Source: Deltaproteobacteria bacterium
GTDB lineage: Bacteria > Myxococcota_A > UBA9160 > UBA6930
Length of the DNA: 64,000 nucleotides
Direction: 5' to 3'
Assembly: GCA_028817435.1 (NCBI GenBank)
Contig: JAPPPQ010000059.1
Span: 6,315-70,314, forward strand
How positions within the stretch are numbered: the stretch's first letter is position 1; every line of letters starts with the position of its first letter. Shown piece after piece: positions 1 through 9,540 of this stretch. The notes beneath the pieces were generated by a model. It saw only the letters and a list, made by a program, of their open reading frames with translations, had not been told where the DNA came from and did not search any database. A program made the position numbers and the translations under genes.

Positions 1-2167
1 GGCCGAACTTGCCGCCGGCGAAGCGGTCGAAGAAGCGCTTGGTGTCGAAGTAACGCGCCTTGAACTCGCGCACAATCTCATCCGGCTCTTCGCCAATGTC
101 AATGAATTCCATGCGCACCAGCGCGCGCGCGGCGGAGAGCATGGCGCGGTAGGACTGGGCTTCGGCCGCCGCCGCGTCGCCATCGTCCAGCGCCAACTGC
201 GCGTCGAATGCCTGGGATTCCGCGCGCATTACCTCAATGCCGAACAGCGAGACCACCTCGCCCGCGCACTCGCCCACGCCCAGATCGCCAATGCTGAACT
301 CGCGCGCGTCGCCCCAGTCGCTGTAGAAATCCGGCGCTTCGGCGTAGGGCGGCGCTTTCATAAAGGGCTGAATGACGGCGCGCAGCGCGCGCTTGCCCTG
401 CCGCTGCGCCCATTCCGGAAAGCGCTCCTGCGGGGCGCGCCCCTGCAGCCAGGCGTTGCACAGCGCCTCCACCACCAGTGGCGCAGCGCGGCTCGGCACC
501 GAGCCCATGGCCATGCCGTAGGCCGCCGCGTTGCCCCGGCTCTCGCCGCCCAAAATCACCTGGAAGTGCGGCGCCACGCGCCCTTCGATCTTGCGGCTGT
601 TGCCGTAGAAGCCGATGTCGGCGATGTGGTGCTGCCCGCAACTGTTGAAGCAGCCCGAGATTTTGATGCGCAGTTCCGAGAGAGCGCGCTCTGCCTCGGC
701 GGCCGCTTCGCCATTCGCCCCCGCGCCGTTTGCCGGTTGCGCGAGCCGCGCCGCGAGCCGCCCGCGCAGTTCTGCAGCCAGCCCCCGCGACGCCGCGATG
801 CCGAGCTTGCAGGTATCCGTTCCCGGGCAGGCCGTCACATCGGCCAGCCCCGCCGCGCCCGGCTCGCCGAGTCCGGCGGCGCAGAGCGCGGCGTGCAGCG
901 CGGGCAGCTCCGCTTCCGCCACGAAGCGCAACAGCACATTCTGCTCCACGCTGCTGCGCAGCCCATCTCCCGGCGCGGCCTTGGCGTAGCGGCGGGCAAT
1001 GTCGGCCAGCGCGCGGGCCTGCTGCGCCGTCAAATCGCCCAGCGGCAGATGCACCGCCACCGCGCAGCGCCCCGGCTGCCGCTGCGGCGTCACATTGCTC
1101 GCGCGCCAGCGTGCAAAGCCCGGCGCGTCCGCTGCCGCGCCGTTGGTTGCGCCGCGCGTCGCGCCATCTGCGCCGCCCTCGCCGGGCGCTGTGCGGCCGA
1201 GTTCCGCAAGAAACGCGGTGTGGCGGGGATCCGGCGGCAGCGCGGCGCGCTCTTCGGCGACCAGCCGCCGGAATTCCTCAATGCCGAGGCGCGCGACCAG
1301 AAACTTGATGCGCGCCCGCCCGCGGTTCTTCTTTTCGCCGAGCCGCGCAAAGACCCGGGCTACGGCCTGCACCTGCGGCAGCAATTCGCGCTCCGGCGTG
1401 AACTCCGAGAGCACCTGCGCCTGGTGCGGCACCGCGCCGAGCCCGCCGCCCACCACCACTTTGAAGCCGCGCTCTCCATCCCGCAGCCGCGCCACAAATC
1501 CCGCGTCGTGCATTTGCACCAGCCCGCAGGCGGAATCTTCGCAGCCCGAAAAAGCGGGCTTGAACTTGCGCCCGAAGTCCTGCACATCCGGGTGGCCGAG
1601 CAGAAAGTGCATGAGCGCCGCGGCGTAGGGCGAAACATCGAATGCCTCGCTGCTGCACACCCCCGCCAGCGGGCAGGCGGTGACATTGCGCACCGAGTTG
1701 CCGCAGGCTTCGCGGGTGGTAATGCCCACCGCCGCCAGCCGCCGCATCAGATCCGGCGTGTCTTCAATGTGGACGAAGTGAAGCTGGAAATCCTGCCGCG
1801 TGGTCACATGCAAAATCTCGTCCGAATACTCCTCGGCCAGATCGGCCAGGGTTTCCAGTTGCTCGGGCGAAAGCCCGCCGAAGGGGATTTTGATGCGCTG
1901 CATACCCGGCGCATCCCAGACCGTGTCCGGCCCCTTGGTGGGGCGCTCCGGAAAGTCCAGGCTGCGCACGGCAATGCCGTCGTGGCGCCGCCCGTTGTCG
2001 TAGCGCTGCCCATACACGCCGCGCCGCAGCCGGGTTTCGGCAAACGCCTTCTCGTCCAGCTTGCCCGCGCGGCGCAATTCCAGTTGCGATTCGAAGTGGT
2101 CAATCTCGCCGGCCCAATCGTCCGCAATGCGGCCCGCCAGGGCATCCTTCCACCGGGTTGCGCTCAC
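1..2167 (-). CDS. Nitrite/sulfite reductase (siroheme/4Fe-4S) with C-terminal HEPN-like region; runs off left edge
   Basis: Hand translation (absent from ORF track because there is no stop in the window). GTG at 2167 with GGAG RBS; MSATRWKDAL...RLRRGVYGQRYDNG, HVTTRQDFQLH, TACPGTDTCKLG and KISGCFNSCGQHH motifs; YRAMLSAARAL near the C-terminus. Confidence 0.9.
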   Translation of the reverse strand, partial: MSATRWKDALAGRIADDWAGEIDHFESQLELRRAGKLDEKAFAETRLRRGVYGQRYDNGRRHDGIAVRSLDFPERPTKGPDTVWDAPGMQRIKIPFGGLSPEQLETLADLAEEYSDEILHVTTRQDFQLHFVHIEDTPDLMRRLAAVGITTREACGNSVRNVTACPLAGVCSSEAFDVSPYAAALMHFLLGHPDVQDFGRKFKPAFSGCEDSACGLVQMHDAGFVARLRDGERGFKVVVGGGLGAVPHQAQVLSEFTPERELLPQVQAVARVFARLGEKKNRGRARIKFLVARLGIEEFRRLVAEERAALPPDPRHTAFLAELGRTAPGEGGADGATRGATNGAAADAPGFARWRASNVTPQRQPGRCAVAVHLPLGDLTAQQARALADIARRYAKAAPGDGLRSSVEQNVLLRFVAEAELPALHAALCAAGLGEPGAAGLADVTACPGTDTCKLGIAASRGLAAELRGRLAARLAQPANGAGANGEAAAEAERALSELRIKISGCFNSCGQHHIADIGFYGNSRKIEGRVAPHFQVILGGESRGNAAAYGMAMGSVPSRAAPLVVEALCNAWLQGRAPQERFPEWAQRQGKRALRAVIQPFMKAPPYAEAPDFYSDWGDAREFSIGDLGVGECAGEVVSLFGIEVMRAESQAFDAQLALDDGDAAAAEAQSYRAMLSAARALVRMEFIDIGEEPDEIVREFKARYFDTKRFFDRFAGGKFG

Positions 2168-2277
2168 CAGAAACTCCTTCCGCGCGGTTTTTCGCGCTGC
2201 TCGGCCGCAAACATAGCGCGCCGCGCCGGGGCCTGCGGGCCGCTCAAGCCGCCGCACGCAGGCGCCGCGCGCCGCGC

Positions 2278-3024
2278 TCAGTCTCCGCGCGGCTTGGCGC
2301 GCCCGGCGAGTGCGATGGAGTCGCGCTGCTCGCGCAGCATGGCGTCTGCCATGGAGTTTTCCGCGCCGAAGTTCAGCAGGGCCTTGGCGGCGGCGACGGC
2401 CTCGGGCGGGTGCGCGGCCATGCGCCCGGCCAGTGCGCGCGCCTCGTCCAGCAGCGCATCTCCGGGCACGGCGCGGTTCACCAGCCCCATTTGCGCGGCC
2501 TCCCGCGCGCCGATTTTGCGGGCAGAGAGCACCAATTCGAGAGCGCGGGCGCGGCCCACCAAACGCGGCAGCAGATGGCTGCTGCCCAGGCCGGGCAAAA
2601 TGCCCAGCGCCACGAAGGCAAAGCGCAGCTCTGCGCTCTCGGCGGCCAGGCGGATATCGCAGGGCAGCGCCATGGTCACGCCGACGCCGACGGCGTGGCC
2701 GTTGATCGCCGCGATCAGCGGCTTCGGGTAATCCAGCATTTCGAGGGGCAGCTTGCGCAGGAAGTCCTCTTCGCCCAGGCGCGGCCCTTGCCCTGCGCGC
2801 TGCCCCGCCCGGTGCGCGCGCAGGTGCTCCAGATCCACACCGGCGCAAAATGCGCGCCCCGCCCCCGTCAAAATTACCGCGCGCACCGCGGCATCGTTGC
2901 GCCAGGCGCGCAGCGCGGCGGTCACTTCTTCGCCCATCTCGGTGGTGTAGGCGTTCAGCTTTTCGGGGCGGTTCAGCGTGAGGACGGCAATGCCGCCGCC
3001 CACTTCGCTCTTGGTCTGGCTCAT
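2278..3024 (-). CDS. Enoyl-CoA hydratase/isomerase family protein
   Basis: LTLNRPEKLNA, AFCAGVDL and AAINGHAVGVG crotonase motifs; ATG at 3024 overlaps the upstream TGA (ATGA). Confidence 0.92.
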   Translation of the reverse strand: MSQTKSEVGGGIAVLTLNRPEKLNAYTTEMGEEVTAALRAWRNDAAVRAVILTGAGRAFCAGVDLEHLRAHRAGQRAGQGPRLGEEDFLRKLPLEMLDYPKPLIAAINGHAVGVGVTMALPCDIRLAAESAELRFAFVALGILPGLGSSHLLPRLVGRARALELVLSARKIGAREAAQMGLVNRAVPGDALLDEARALAGRMAAHPPEAVAAAKALLNFGAENSMADAMLREQRDSIALAGRAKPRGD

Positions 3025-3836
3025 GCGCCGCCTGCATCTGCATCCGGCGGGGGCGTCCACTGCGCCGGGCGCTTTTCGAAGAATGCCTGCGGCCCCTCGC
3101 GCTGATCGGGATGGTCGGCGTGGGCCAGCAATTCTGCGTGTGCAGAGTCGAGGCCGGCTTCCAGTCCGCCGTCGAGGCTCTGCCAAATGGCGCGCTTGCT
3201 GCGCATCAGCGCAGTGGGAGAGTGGCGCGCGATAAGCGCGGCCAGCGCCAGTGCGCGCTGCTGCAATTGCTGCGGCGGCAGCACCTCGCCCACCAGGCCA
3301 ATGCGCAGCGCCTCTTGCGCGCTCATGCGCTCCGCGCCGCCGAGCAGCGCGAGGCGGAACACCGCTTCCAGCGGAATGCGCCGCGCCAGCCCGGCGGGTT
3401 CCAGAGCCGAGACCATGCCGAGCGCCACATGGGTGTCGAAGAAAGTGGCCGTCTCCGAAGCGATGACCAGCTCGCTGTCCGCCACAAAGTGCAGTCCGCC
3501 GCCCACGCAAGCGCCGTTCACCGCGGTAATGACCGGCTTCCAGCAGCGGTTCTGCAGCGCGGTGATGCGCCCGAAGGGCGCTTCGCGGCGCGGCAGTTTG
3601 GCGAGTTGCTGGCTGTCTCCCGCTGCGGTTGCGCGGACATCGAAGCCGGTGCAAAAAGCCTTGCTGCCCGCGCCCGTCACAATGGCGCAGCGGATCTCCG
3701 GATCCCGCGCAATCTCGCCCCAGCGCCGCCGCAGTTCCAGGCACATCTCCAGGTCGAAGGCGTTGCGCGCCTCGGGATTGTCGAGGGTGAGCGTCGCAAT
3801 CTGCGCGCGCTTTTGGAAGTGCACCTGTCCCGGCAA
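3021..3836 (-). CDS. Enoyl-CoA hydratase/isomerase family protein
   Basis: LTLDNPEARNA, AFCTGFDV, KPVITAVNGACVGGG and AFFEKRPAQW motifs. Confidence 0.92.
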   Translation of the reverse strand: MPGQVHFQKRAQIATLTLDNPEARNAFDLEMCLELRRRWGEIARDPEIRCAIVTGAGSKAFCTGFDVRATAAGDSQQLAKLPRREAPFGRITALQNRCWKPVITAVNGACVGGGLHFVADSELVIASETATFFDTHVALGMVSALEPAGLARRIPLEAVFRLALLGGAERMSAQEALRIGLVGEVLPPQQLQQRALALAALIARHSPTALMRSKRAIWQSLDGGLEAGLDSAHAELLAHADHPDQREGPQAFFEKRPAQWTPPPDADAGGA

Positions 3837-3838
3837 AA

Positions 3839-4996
3839 TCAGCGCCTCCCCAAAATGGCAATGCCGCAGGCCGTCGGGTGGCCGCCGATGTTGTGAGAGA
3901 GCGCGAACTCTGCCGCCGGCACCTGCCGCGCCCCGGCGCGGCCCTGCAGCTGCAGCACATTCTCGTAGATCATGCGCACCCCCGTCGCGCCAGTGGGGTG
4001 GCCGAAGGCTTTGAGGCCGCCGTCGGTGTTCACCGGCAAATCGCCTTTGAGTTCGAAGCTGCCGGCCGCAATGTGCTCCTTCGCCGCGCCCTTTTCAATA
4101 AAGCCCAGATCTTCGTAGCTCAGCAACTCGGTGAGGGTGAAGCAATCGTGCAGTTGCGCTACATCAATCTGCCGCATCGGATCGGAAATACCCGCCTGCT
4201 CGTAGACTTCCTTGGCCGCCCAGCCGGTGGGCTTCCACGAGAGGAAGTCGTTGCCCGGATCTTTCTGCGGATTCGGCCCGGCAATTACCACCGCGCCCTT
4301 CAGCAGCACGAAATCGTCGCGGAACTGCGGCGCGAGATCGCTGCGCGTGAGAATCGCCGCCGCCGCGCCGTCGGTCTGCGCCGCGCAGTCGTAAAGGCCG
4401 AAGGGCCAGGAGATCATGCGCGCGTTCAGCGCGTCGGCAATGCTGATTTCGCGCTTCAGGAACGAGTTGGGCGCAAGCGTGCCGTTGTGGTGATTCTTGA
4501 CGGCAATCTTCGCCAGATCTTCCCGCCCCGCGCCGAACTTCTCGAAGTAGGTGCTGGCGCAGAGCGCAAACCAGCCCGCCGGCGTCTGCGGCAGGTCGCG
4601 CACGCGGTCCATCATTACCGAAGGCCCGGCGACGCCGCGATCCTTGGGCTTGTCGTAGCCCACCACCAGAACCGTATCGTGCAATCCGGCGGCGATGGAA
4701 AGAGCGGCGCAGCGGAAGGCGTCGGTGCCCGTTGCGCAGTAGTTCGACACCATTGTCACCGGCTTGCCGAAGAGCTTGAGCGCATCGCTGCACTCGTGCG
4801 GCCCCTTGTTCGAGTAAATGGAGCCGGTGAAGACCGCATCCACCTGCCGCTGCGGGCTCTCAATGCCCGCGTCGGCATATGCCTCGTAGGCGGCGTCCAC
4901 AATCATGTCCGCGGCGCTCTGCCCCCAGTTTTCGCCGAAGCGGCAGCAGCCCACGCCCACCACCGCCACCTTGTCGCGCAGCGCGTCCTTCTTCAT
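3839..4996 (-). CDS. SCP2-type thiolase / acetyl-CoA acetyltransferase-like protein
   Basis: NYCATG, HDCF, GHPTGATG and HNIGG motifs; alternative start at 5014. Confidence 0.9.
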   Translation of the reverse strand: MKKDALRDKVAVVGVGCCRFGENWGQSAADMIVDAAYEAYADAGIESPQRQVDAVFTGSIYSNKGPHECSDALKLFGKPVTMVSNYCATGTDAFRCAALSIAAGLHDTVLVVGYDKPKDRGVAGPSVMMDRVRDLPQTPAGWFALCASTYFEKFGAGREDLAKIAVKNHHNGTLAPNSFLKREISIADALNARMISWPFGLYDCAAQTDGAAAAILTRSDLAPQFRDDFVLLKGAVVIAGPNPQKDPGNDFLSWKPTGWAAKEVYEQAGISDPMRQIDVAQLHDCFTLTELLSYEDLGFIEKGAAKEHIAAGSFELKGDLPVNTDGGLKAFGHPTGATGVRMIYENVLQLQGRAGARQVPAAEFALSHNIGGHPTACGIAILGRR

Positions 4997-5010
4997 TCGC
5001 CTTTCCTCCT

Positions 5011-6513
5011 TCACTCCCCGGCGGGCGCAGCCTTCCAGTAATAGTTTGGGCGGCCGCCCACCCGGTGCATGCAGCGGAAGTGGAAATCCAGCGGCAGGCC
5101 GCTGCGCAAATCTTCCGCCGCCAGGTTGACGAGTTGCATATGCACCCGCGCGCCCTCAATGTCCACCACGCCCACAGCGGTGGGCGGCTCCGGTGTGGGA
5201 TAGAAGTAATCCAGGGTCCAGGTGACGAGCCTGCCGGTGCGGTCGGAGATGCGCCGCAGTTCGAAGTCGTCTTTGGCAAAGCAGCTTTCGCAGACGCGCT
5301 GCGGCGGAAACTGCAGCGCGCCGCAGGCGCGGCACTTTTGCGCCTTGAAGCCGATGTCGCTGTCGCGCTCCCGGAAGTGCACGGTGGCGGAGAGTCCCGG
5401 CGAAGCGCCCGCCTCGTATTCGGGAATCTCCAGCTCGCGCGCGCGGCGGTAGCGCTGGTAATCCGCCGCGCGCCGCCGCTCCAGGTGCCAATCCACGCCG
5501 CGCCGCGCCTCCAGCTTGGCGGCCAGCTCTGTTACCTCAAAGCCCATGGCGCAGCCGCCGTCTCCATAACCGGCGAGCAGAATGCGCTCTCCCGGCGCGG
5601 CCCGCTCCAGCGCCGATACCAACAGCAGCGGCGCAAATGCCGCGCCCGCATTGCCGAGCCTGCCGAACAACGGATCTACCAGCGACTCTGCCGCCGCGCC
5701 GAGCTTGCGCGCCGCCTGCGCATGACTGCGCGCATCCGGCGCAGCCAGCGCCACCCGCAACGCCGCATCGCTTTGCGCGGGATCAAACCCGCCCGCATCG
5801 CCCTGTGCGGGATCGGCACCGCCCGCCACCCCCTGCGCAGAGCCTGCGCGCACTTGCGCTCCTTGCCCCGCGCCGAGCTTTTGCAGCAGGCCGCGCACCG
5901 CCTCGGCAATGCCGGGGGCCGTGCCCTCCTGCAGCACAAAGCGCTCCTCCCATGCGTGCACGAAGCGCTCGCCGCCGCCGCGCCACACATTCACAATCTC
6001 GTCGGCAAAAGCGTAATGCCCGCGCAGCTCTGCCACGGTGTTTTCGCCGCCCACCAGCAGCGCGGCCGCGCCATCGCCGAAGTTGCGCTCCAGCGCCGAG
6101 CCCGGCGCGCCCAGCCTGCAATCGCTCGCCACCACCAGCACGCGCCGCGCCGTGCCCGCCGCCACCGCATCCAGCGCCGCGCGCAGCGCATCGCAGCCCG
6201 CGCGCAGCGTCCCCGACACATCCAGCGTGCGCACATCGCGCCGCAAATCCAGCGCCGCGGCAATCAGCGCCGCCGACTGCTTCTCCTGATAGGGGTGCGT
6301 GGTGCTGGCGAAAAAGAGCCCATCCAGCGATTCGCGGTCGAAGCCGCGCAGGCAGTTCCCCCCCGCCGCCACCGCCATCGTCACGCAGTCCTCATCGTGC
6401 CAGGCCACCGCCCGCTCCGGCCCGCCCTCGCGCCGCGCCCCCCCCGCCAGCGCCGCCAGCCCAACCCGCGCCCGCGGCACATAAGCCCCATAAGACACAA
6501 TCCCCACCGCCAT
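5011..6513 (-). CDS. HMG-CoA synthase-like domain fused to Zn-ribbon/OB-fold (DUF35-type) domain
   Basis: GIVSYGAYVP, GDGAAALL and YGDG motifs; C-terminal CxxC-x10-CxxC (CRACG..CESC) and RPNYYWKA; ATG at 6513. Confidence 0.88.
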   Translation of the reverse strand: MAVGIVSYGAYVPRARVGLAALAGGARREGGPERAVAWHDEDCVTMAVAAGGNCLRGFDRESLDGLFFASTTHPYQEKQSAALIAAALDLRRDVRTLDVSGTLRAGCDALRAALDAVAAGTARRVLVVASDCRLGAPGSALERNFGDGAAALLVGGENTVAELRGHYAFADEIVNVWRGGGERFVHAWEERFVLQEGTAPGIAEAVRGLLQKLGAGQGAQVRAGSAQGVAGGADPAQGDAGGFDPAQSDAALRVALAAPDARSHAQAARKLGAAAESLVDPLFGRLGNAGAAFAPLLLVSALERAAPGERILLAGYGDGGCAMGFEVTELAAKLEARRGVDWHLERRRAADYQRYRRARELEIPEYEAGASPGLSATVHFRERDSDIGFKAQKCRACGALQFPPQRVCESCFAKDDFELRRISDRTGRLVTWTLDYFYPTPEPPTAVGVVDIEGARVHMQLVNLAAEDLRSGLPLDFHFRCMHRVGGRPNYYWKAAPAGE

Positions 6514-6550
6514 TCGCCGCCTCCCTGCCTTTCCCGCCGCCCGCCGGGGC

Positions 6551-6571
6551 AATTTCGAGACGCATCGTATC
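6551..6571 (-). promoter_or_regulatory. Putative operator GATACGATGCGTCTCGAAATT overlapping the -10 of the HMGS-thiolase operon promoter
   Basis: Imperfect palindrome; 19/21 identical copy at 12777-12797. On the minus strand TTGACA is at 6593-6588 and TACGAT at 6569-6564. Confidence 0.55.
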
Positions 6572-6754
6572 GAAACCCGCCCCGGGGTGTCAAGCCGCCG
6601 AAGTGGCCTGAATCGACTGAATTTAGACTGATTTAGCCAGAGGTCTAAATTTAGCCCAGTGTCTAAGTAATTCCGCAAAGCACTCGGTCATTTCCAAAAA
6701 ATTGTTTGACCTAGTAAAACACTGAAACTCATTCCAAAATGTCGGCTGGTAGGG

Positions 6755-6782
6755 TTGACGCCATAGGTAAGTAGGTCATAAT
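6755..6782 (+). promoter_or_regulatory. Sigma70-like promoter of the defence operon
   Basis: TTGACG-16 nt-CATAAT, followed by a GGAGG RBS before ATG 6810. Confidence 0.55.
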
Positions 6783-6809
6783 CGCAACACGGAGGGGGGG
6801 CAGACTGCA

Positions 6810-7223
6810 ATGGCGCAAACGGTGAAACACCTGGAGATGATACAGGGCGTGATCAACCGGATGGCCGCCAATTCCTTTGATTTGAAGCGATGGAGTGTCT
6901 TGCTTGCCTCTGCGTTCATTGCAATCTCATGGCGACCCGAGGCTATGTCCCGTGTGGCGCTATTGGCACCGCTTTCGGTGTTGATCTTTTGGTGCTTGGA
7001 CAGTTACTATCTGCGACAAGAGAGGATGTATAGAAAGCTTTACGACAAAGTAAGAGTGCAGGAGCACACAGACTATTCAATGGATACACGCGAGTTCATA
7101 CAAGGGACAACTATAAGTAGCGCATTCTTTTCAGTGACTCTGGGATTGTTTTATATAGGCCTGATAGGCACTATAACGGCGGGAATCATTCTGCTAAACT
7201 TCCTCTCGAAAGGGGCGAACTGA
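6810..7223 (+). CDS. Small (137 aa) three-TM membrane protein, candidate TIR-associated effector
   Basis: KHLEMIQGVINRMAANSF..W, two hydrophobic helices, FWCLDSYYLRQERMYRKLY, then a third TM; stop overlaps the TIR start (TGATG). Confidence 0.75.
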   Translation: MAQTVKHLEMIQGVINRMAANSFDLKRWSVLLASAFIAISWRPEAMSRVALLAPLSVLIFWCLDSYYLRQERMYRKLYDKVRVQEHTDYSMDTREFIQGTTISSAFFSVTLGLFYIGLIGTITAGIILLNFLSKGAN

Positions 7224-7711
7224 TGAGAAGGGTTTTCTTTAGCTTTGATTGGGATGACGCTTGGAAGGTCAACCAAGTGAGACACAGTTGGTTGACGACC
7301 GGTGTGGAGGCTGTGGGCTTCATAGACGCCGCTGACATAGAGCAAGTGAAGAGGGCTAGCCATCAGGCAATCCAGAATTGGATCGATATGCAAATGAAAA
7401 GCACTTCCGTTACCGCTGTTCTGATAGGAGAGAACACACACAGGAGCCGATGGGTTAAGTACGAAATCAAAAAGAGCATTGATAAGAGGAACGGAATTTT
7501 GGAGATATACATTCATAACGTCAAAGACCGATTTGGCCGAACCTCATTCAAAGGGAAGTCGCCATTCGAAGAGCCTCCGTTCAATTGGAGGGCATCGCAT
7601 CAGGGCGAGCTTGCCTATCCTTGTTGTTGCTGCTACGATTGGGTGAGTGGCGAAAGCCATCAGAATGTTGGAGACTGGATAGAAAGGGCCGCGCAGCAAG
7701 CCGGGAGGTAG
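7223..7711 (+). CDS. TIR-domain protein (MTH538/DUF1863, Thoeris ThsB-like)
   Basis: RRVFFSF...NQVRHSW, TSVTAVLIGENT, WVKYEI (catalytic Glu position), C-terminal YDWV...WIERAA. Confidence 0.88.
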   Translation: MRRVFFSFDWDDAWKVNQVRHSWLTTGVEAVGFIDAADIEQVKRASHQAIQNWIDMQMKSTSVTAVLIGENTHRSRWVKYEIKKSIDKRNGILEIYIHNVKDRFGRTSFKGKSPFEEPPFNWRASHQGELAYPCCCCYDWVSGESHQNVGDWIERAAQQAGR

Positions 7712-7717
7712 TCCATA

Positions 7718-9538
7718 GTGAATGAGAGGGTGACAGAGCAGATCGTTCGCTCTCATCTCGACCGATCGGCCGAGGAAGCGGCTGGTGTGCGGTATTGGGA
7801 GCAGACGCCTGACAACGTGCGAATCGGGAAGTTGTTGCGGCGCGCATCCAAGAGCGGTGCGGGCGTGGGCAAGCCGGAATTCATTGTTTCTTTTGACGAC
7901 TACCAAGACTTTCTGATTGTCATGGAGTGCAAGGCGAATTTGGCGAAACACAAGAGTGCAGATGGGAAGAGCAAGCCCAAAGACTTCGCAGTTGATGGCG
8001 TTCGGCACTACGCCAAGCATCTCAGCCGAGAATTCAATGTTTTGGCTATCGCAGTTAGCGGCACCAAAAAGAGCAATCTTCGAGTCAGTCACTTCCTTCG
8101 ATTCAAGGGTGACTACGAAGATGAGAGCGCCGATAACCTCTTGGGCAGGCGTCTTCGAAAGCTTGGTGATTATACCAATTTTTACCGAAACCATGACAAG
8201 CTACTCAATCAGAACCTCAATGAGTTGCTTCTCTTTACCCAAGAATTGAACGAGAAACTGCATGGCTTGAGAATCAAGGGTTCTGATCGGAGTCTGCTCA
8301 TTAGTGCCATCCTGACTGCTCTTGAAGAAGATGGATTCTTGAATTCGTATCGCAAAATTACCAAGCCCACATTGCTTTTGAAAAACATCAGGAGTGCGAT
8401 GCTTGAATCGATGGACACATCCGGGATACAAGCTCCGATAATTCAAAGTGTCAAATCCAGCTATAGCTTTATGGATGTTCCGGGAAAGCTTGGACAAGGG
8501 CGAGTTTTGTCTGATTTGGTCGGAGACATTGACGATCGCGTCAATAATTTCAAGAAGACCCATGAATACTATGACTTCTTGGGGCAATTTTATATCGAAT
8601 TTCTGCGCTATTCCAATAGCGACAAGAGTCTCGGCATTGTCTTGACACCTCCACATATCACTGATCTGGCAGCCCGCCTTGCCAAGGTTGGAGCAAGCGA
8701 TATCCTTTACGATAATTGTGCAGGGACTGGCGGTTTCTTGATTTCTGGAATGAAGGAAATGATTCGAGATGCCCAAGGAGACGAGCGAATGATCAAGCAG
8801 ATCAAAGATAAGGGAATTGTCGGCGTCGAAGATCAGCCCGATATCGCAACATTGCTTTACAGCAATATGTTTATCCATGGAGATGGAAAGAGCAATGTTT
8901 TTCAAGGGGATTGCTTCGATGAAGAATTGAGCAGTCAGATCAAGACCGACTACAAGCCAAGCGTTGGATTTTTGAATCCTCCATTCAAAGTTGCTGCCAG
9001 CGATGCGGAAGAAATGGAATTCGTCCTCAATAACATGGCAACCCTTCGAATCGGAGGGCGGTGTGTCGCGTTGTTGCCCATGCAGTGCGCTCTTTCCCAA
9101 AGGGGAGTAAGGCAGTCGTTGAAGCAAAGAATACTGGACGAGCATACGCTGGAAGCCGTTCTTTCTCTGCCGGATGATATTTTTCACAAGAGTAAGGTTG
9201 GTGCTGTGACTTGCCTCATGGTATTTACGGCTGGGAAATCTCACCCGAAAGGCAAGAAGACTTGGTTTGGCTACTGCAAGGACGATGGATTTGTCAAGCG
9301 AAAGCCACAGGGTAGGGTTGACTACTACAACCGATGGCAGGGTATTAGGGATGGCTGGGTGCAAGATTTCCACAACAGGACAGTGCGCCCAGGGTTCAGT
9401 GTGATGAAGGAGGTTTCAGCGCAGGACGAATGGTGCGCTGAGGCTTTTATCGAAACCGACTACGCGAAATTGACAGAGTCTGATTTCGCAGAGGCGCTGA
9501 AGAAATTTACCGCATATAGGTTCCTGTCGGAGGGCTAG
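7718..9538 (+). CDS. Fused restriction endonuclease/N6-adenine methyltransferase (BcgIA-like, type IIB)
   Basis: N-terminal KPEF...MECK (PD/E-ExK nuclease motif), GIVLTP, motif I DNCAGTGGF, motif IV NPPF, DEWCAEAF tail. Confidence 0.88.
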   Translation: MNERVTEQIVRSHLDRSAEEAAGVRYWEQTPDNVRIGKLLRRASKSGAGVGKPEFIVSFDDYQDFLIVMECKANLAKHKSADGKSKPKDFAVDGVRHYAKHLSREFNVLAIAVSGTKKSNLRVSHFLRFKGDYEDESADNLLGRRLRKLGDYTNFYRNHDKLLNQNLNELLLFTQELNEKLHGLRIKGSDRSLLISAILTALEEDGFLNSYRKITKPTLLLKNIRSAMLESMDTSGIQAPIIQSVKSSYSFMDVPGKLGQGRVLSDLVGDIDDRVNNFKKTHEYYDFLGQFYIEFLRYSNSDKSLGIVLTPPHITDLAARLAKVGASDILYDNCAGTGGFLISGMKEMIRDAQGDERMIKQIKDKGIVGVEDQPDIATLLYSNMFIHGDGKSNVFQGDCFDEELSSQIKTDYKPSVGFLNPPFKVAASDAEEMEFVLNNMATLRIGGRCVALLPMQCALSQRGVRQSLKQRILDEHTLEAVLSLPDDIFHKSKVGAVTCLMVFTAGKSHPKGKKTWFGYCKDDGFVKRKPQGRVDYYNRWQGIRDGWVQDFHNRTVRPGFSVMKEVSAQDEWCAEAFIETDYAKLTESDFAEALKKFTAYRFLSEG

Positions 9539-9540
9539 AA

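Noticed and set aside
566-2731. Long ORFs opposite real genes (e.g. 566-2731+, 15092-18361-, 26777-30244-, 58774-61686-)
   Set aside because: Antisense shadow frames typical of high-GC DNA; no protein motifs, and the opposite strand carries recognisable genes.
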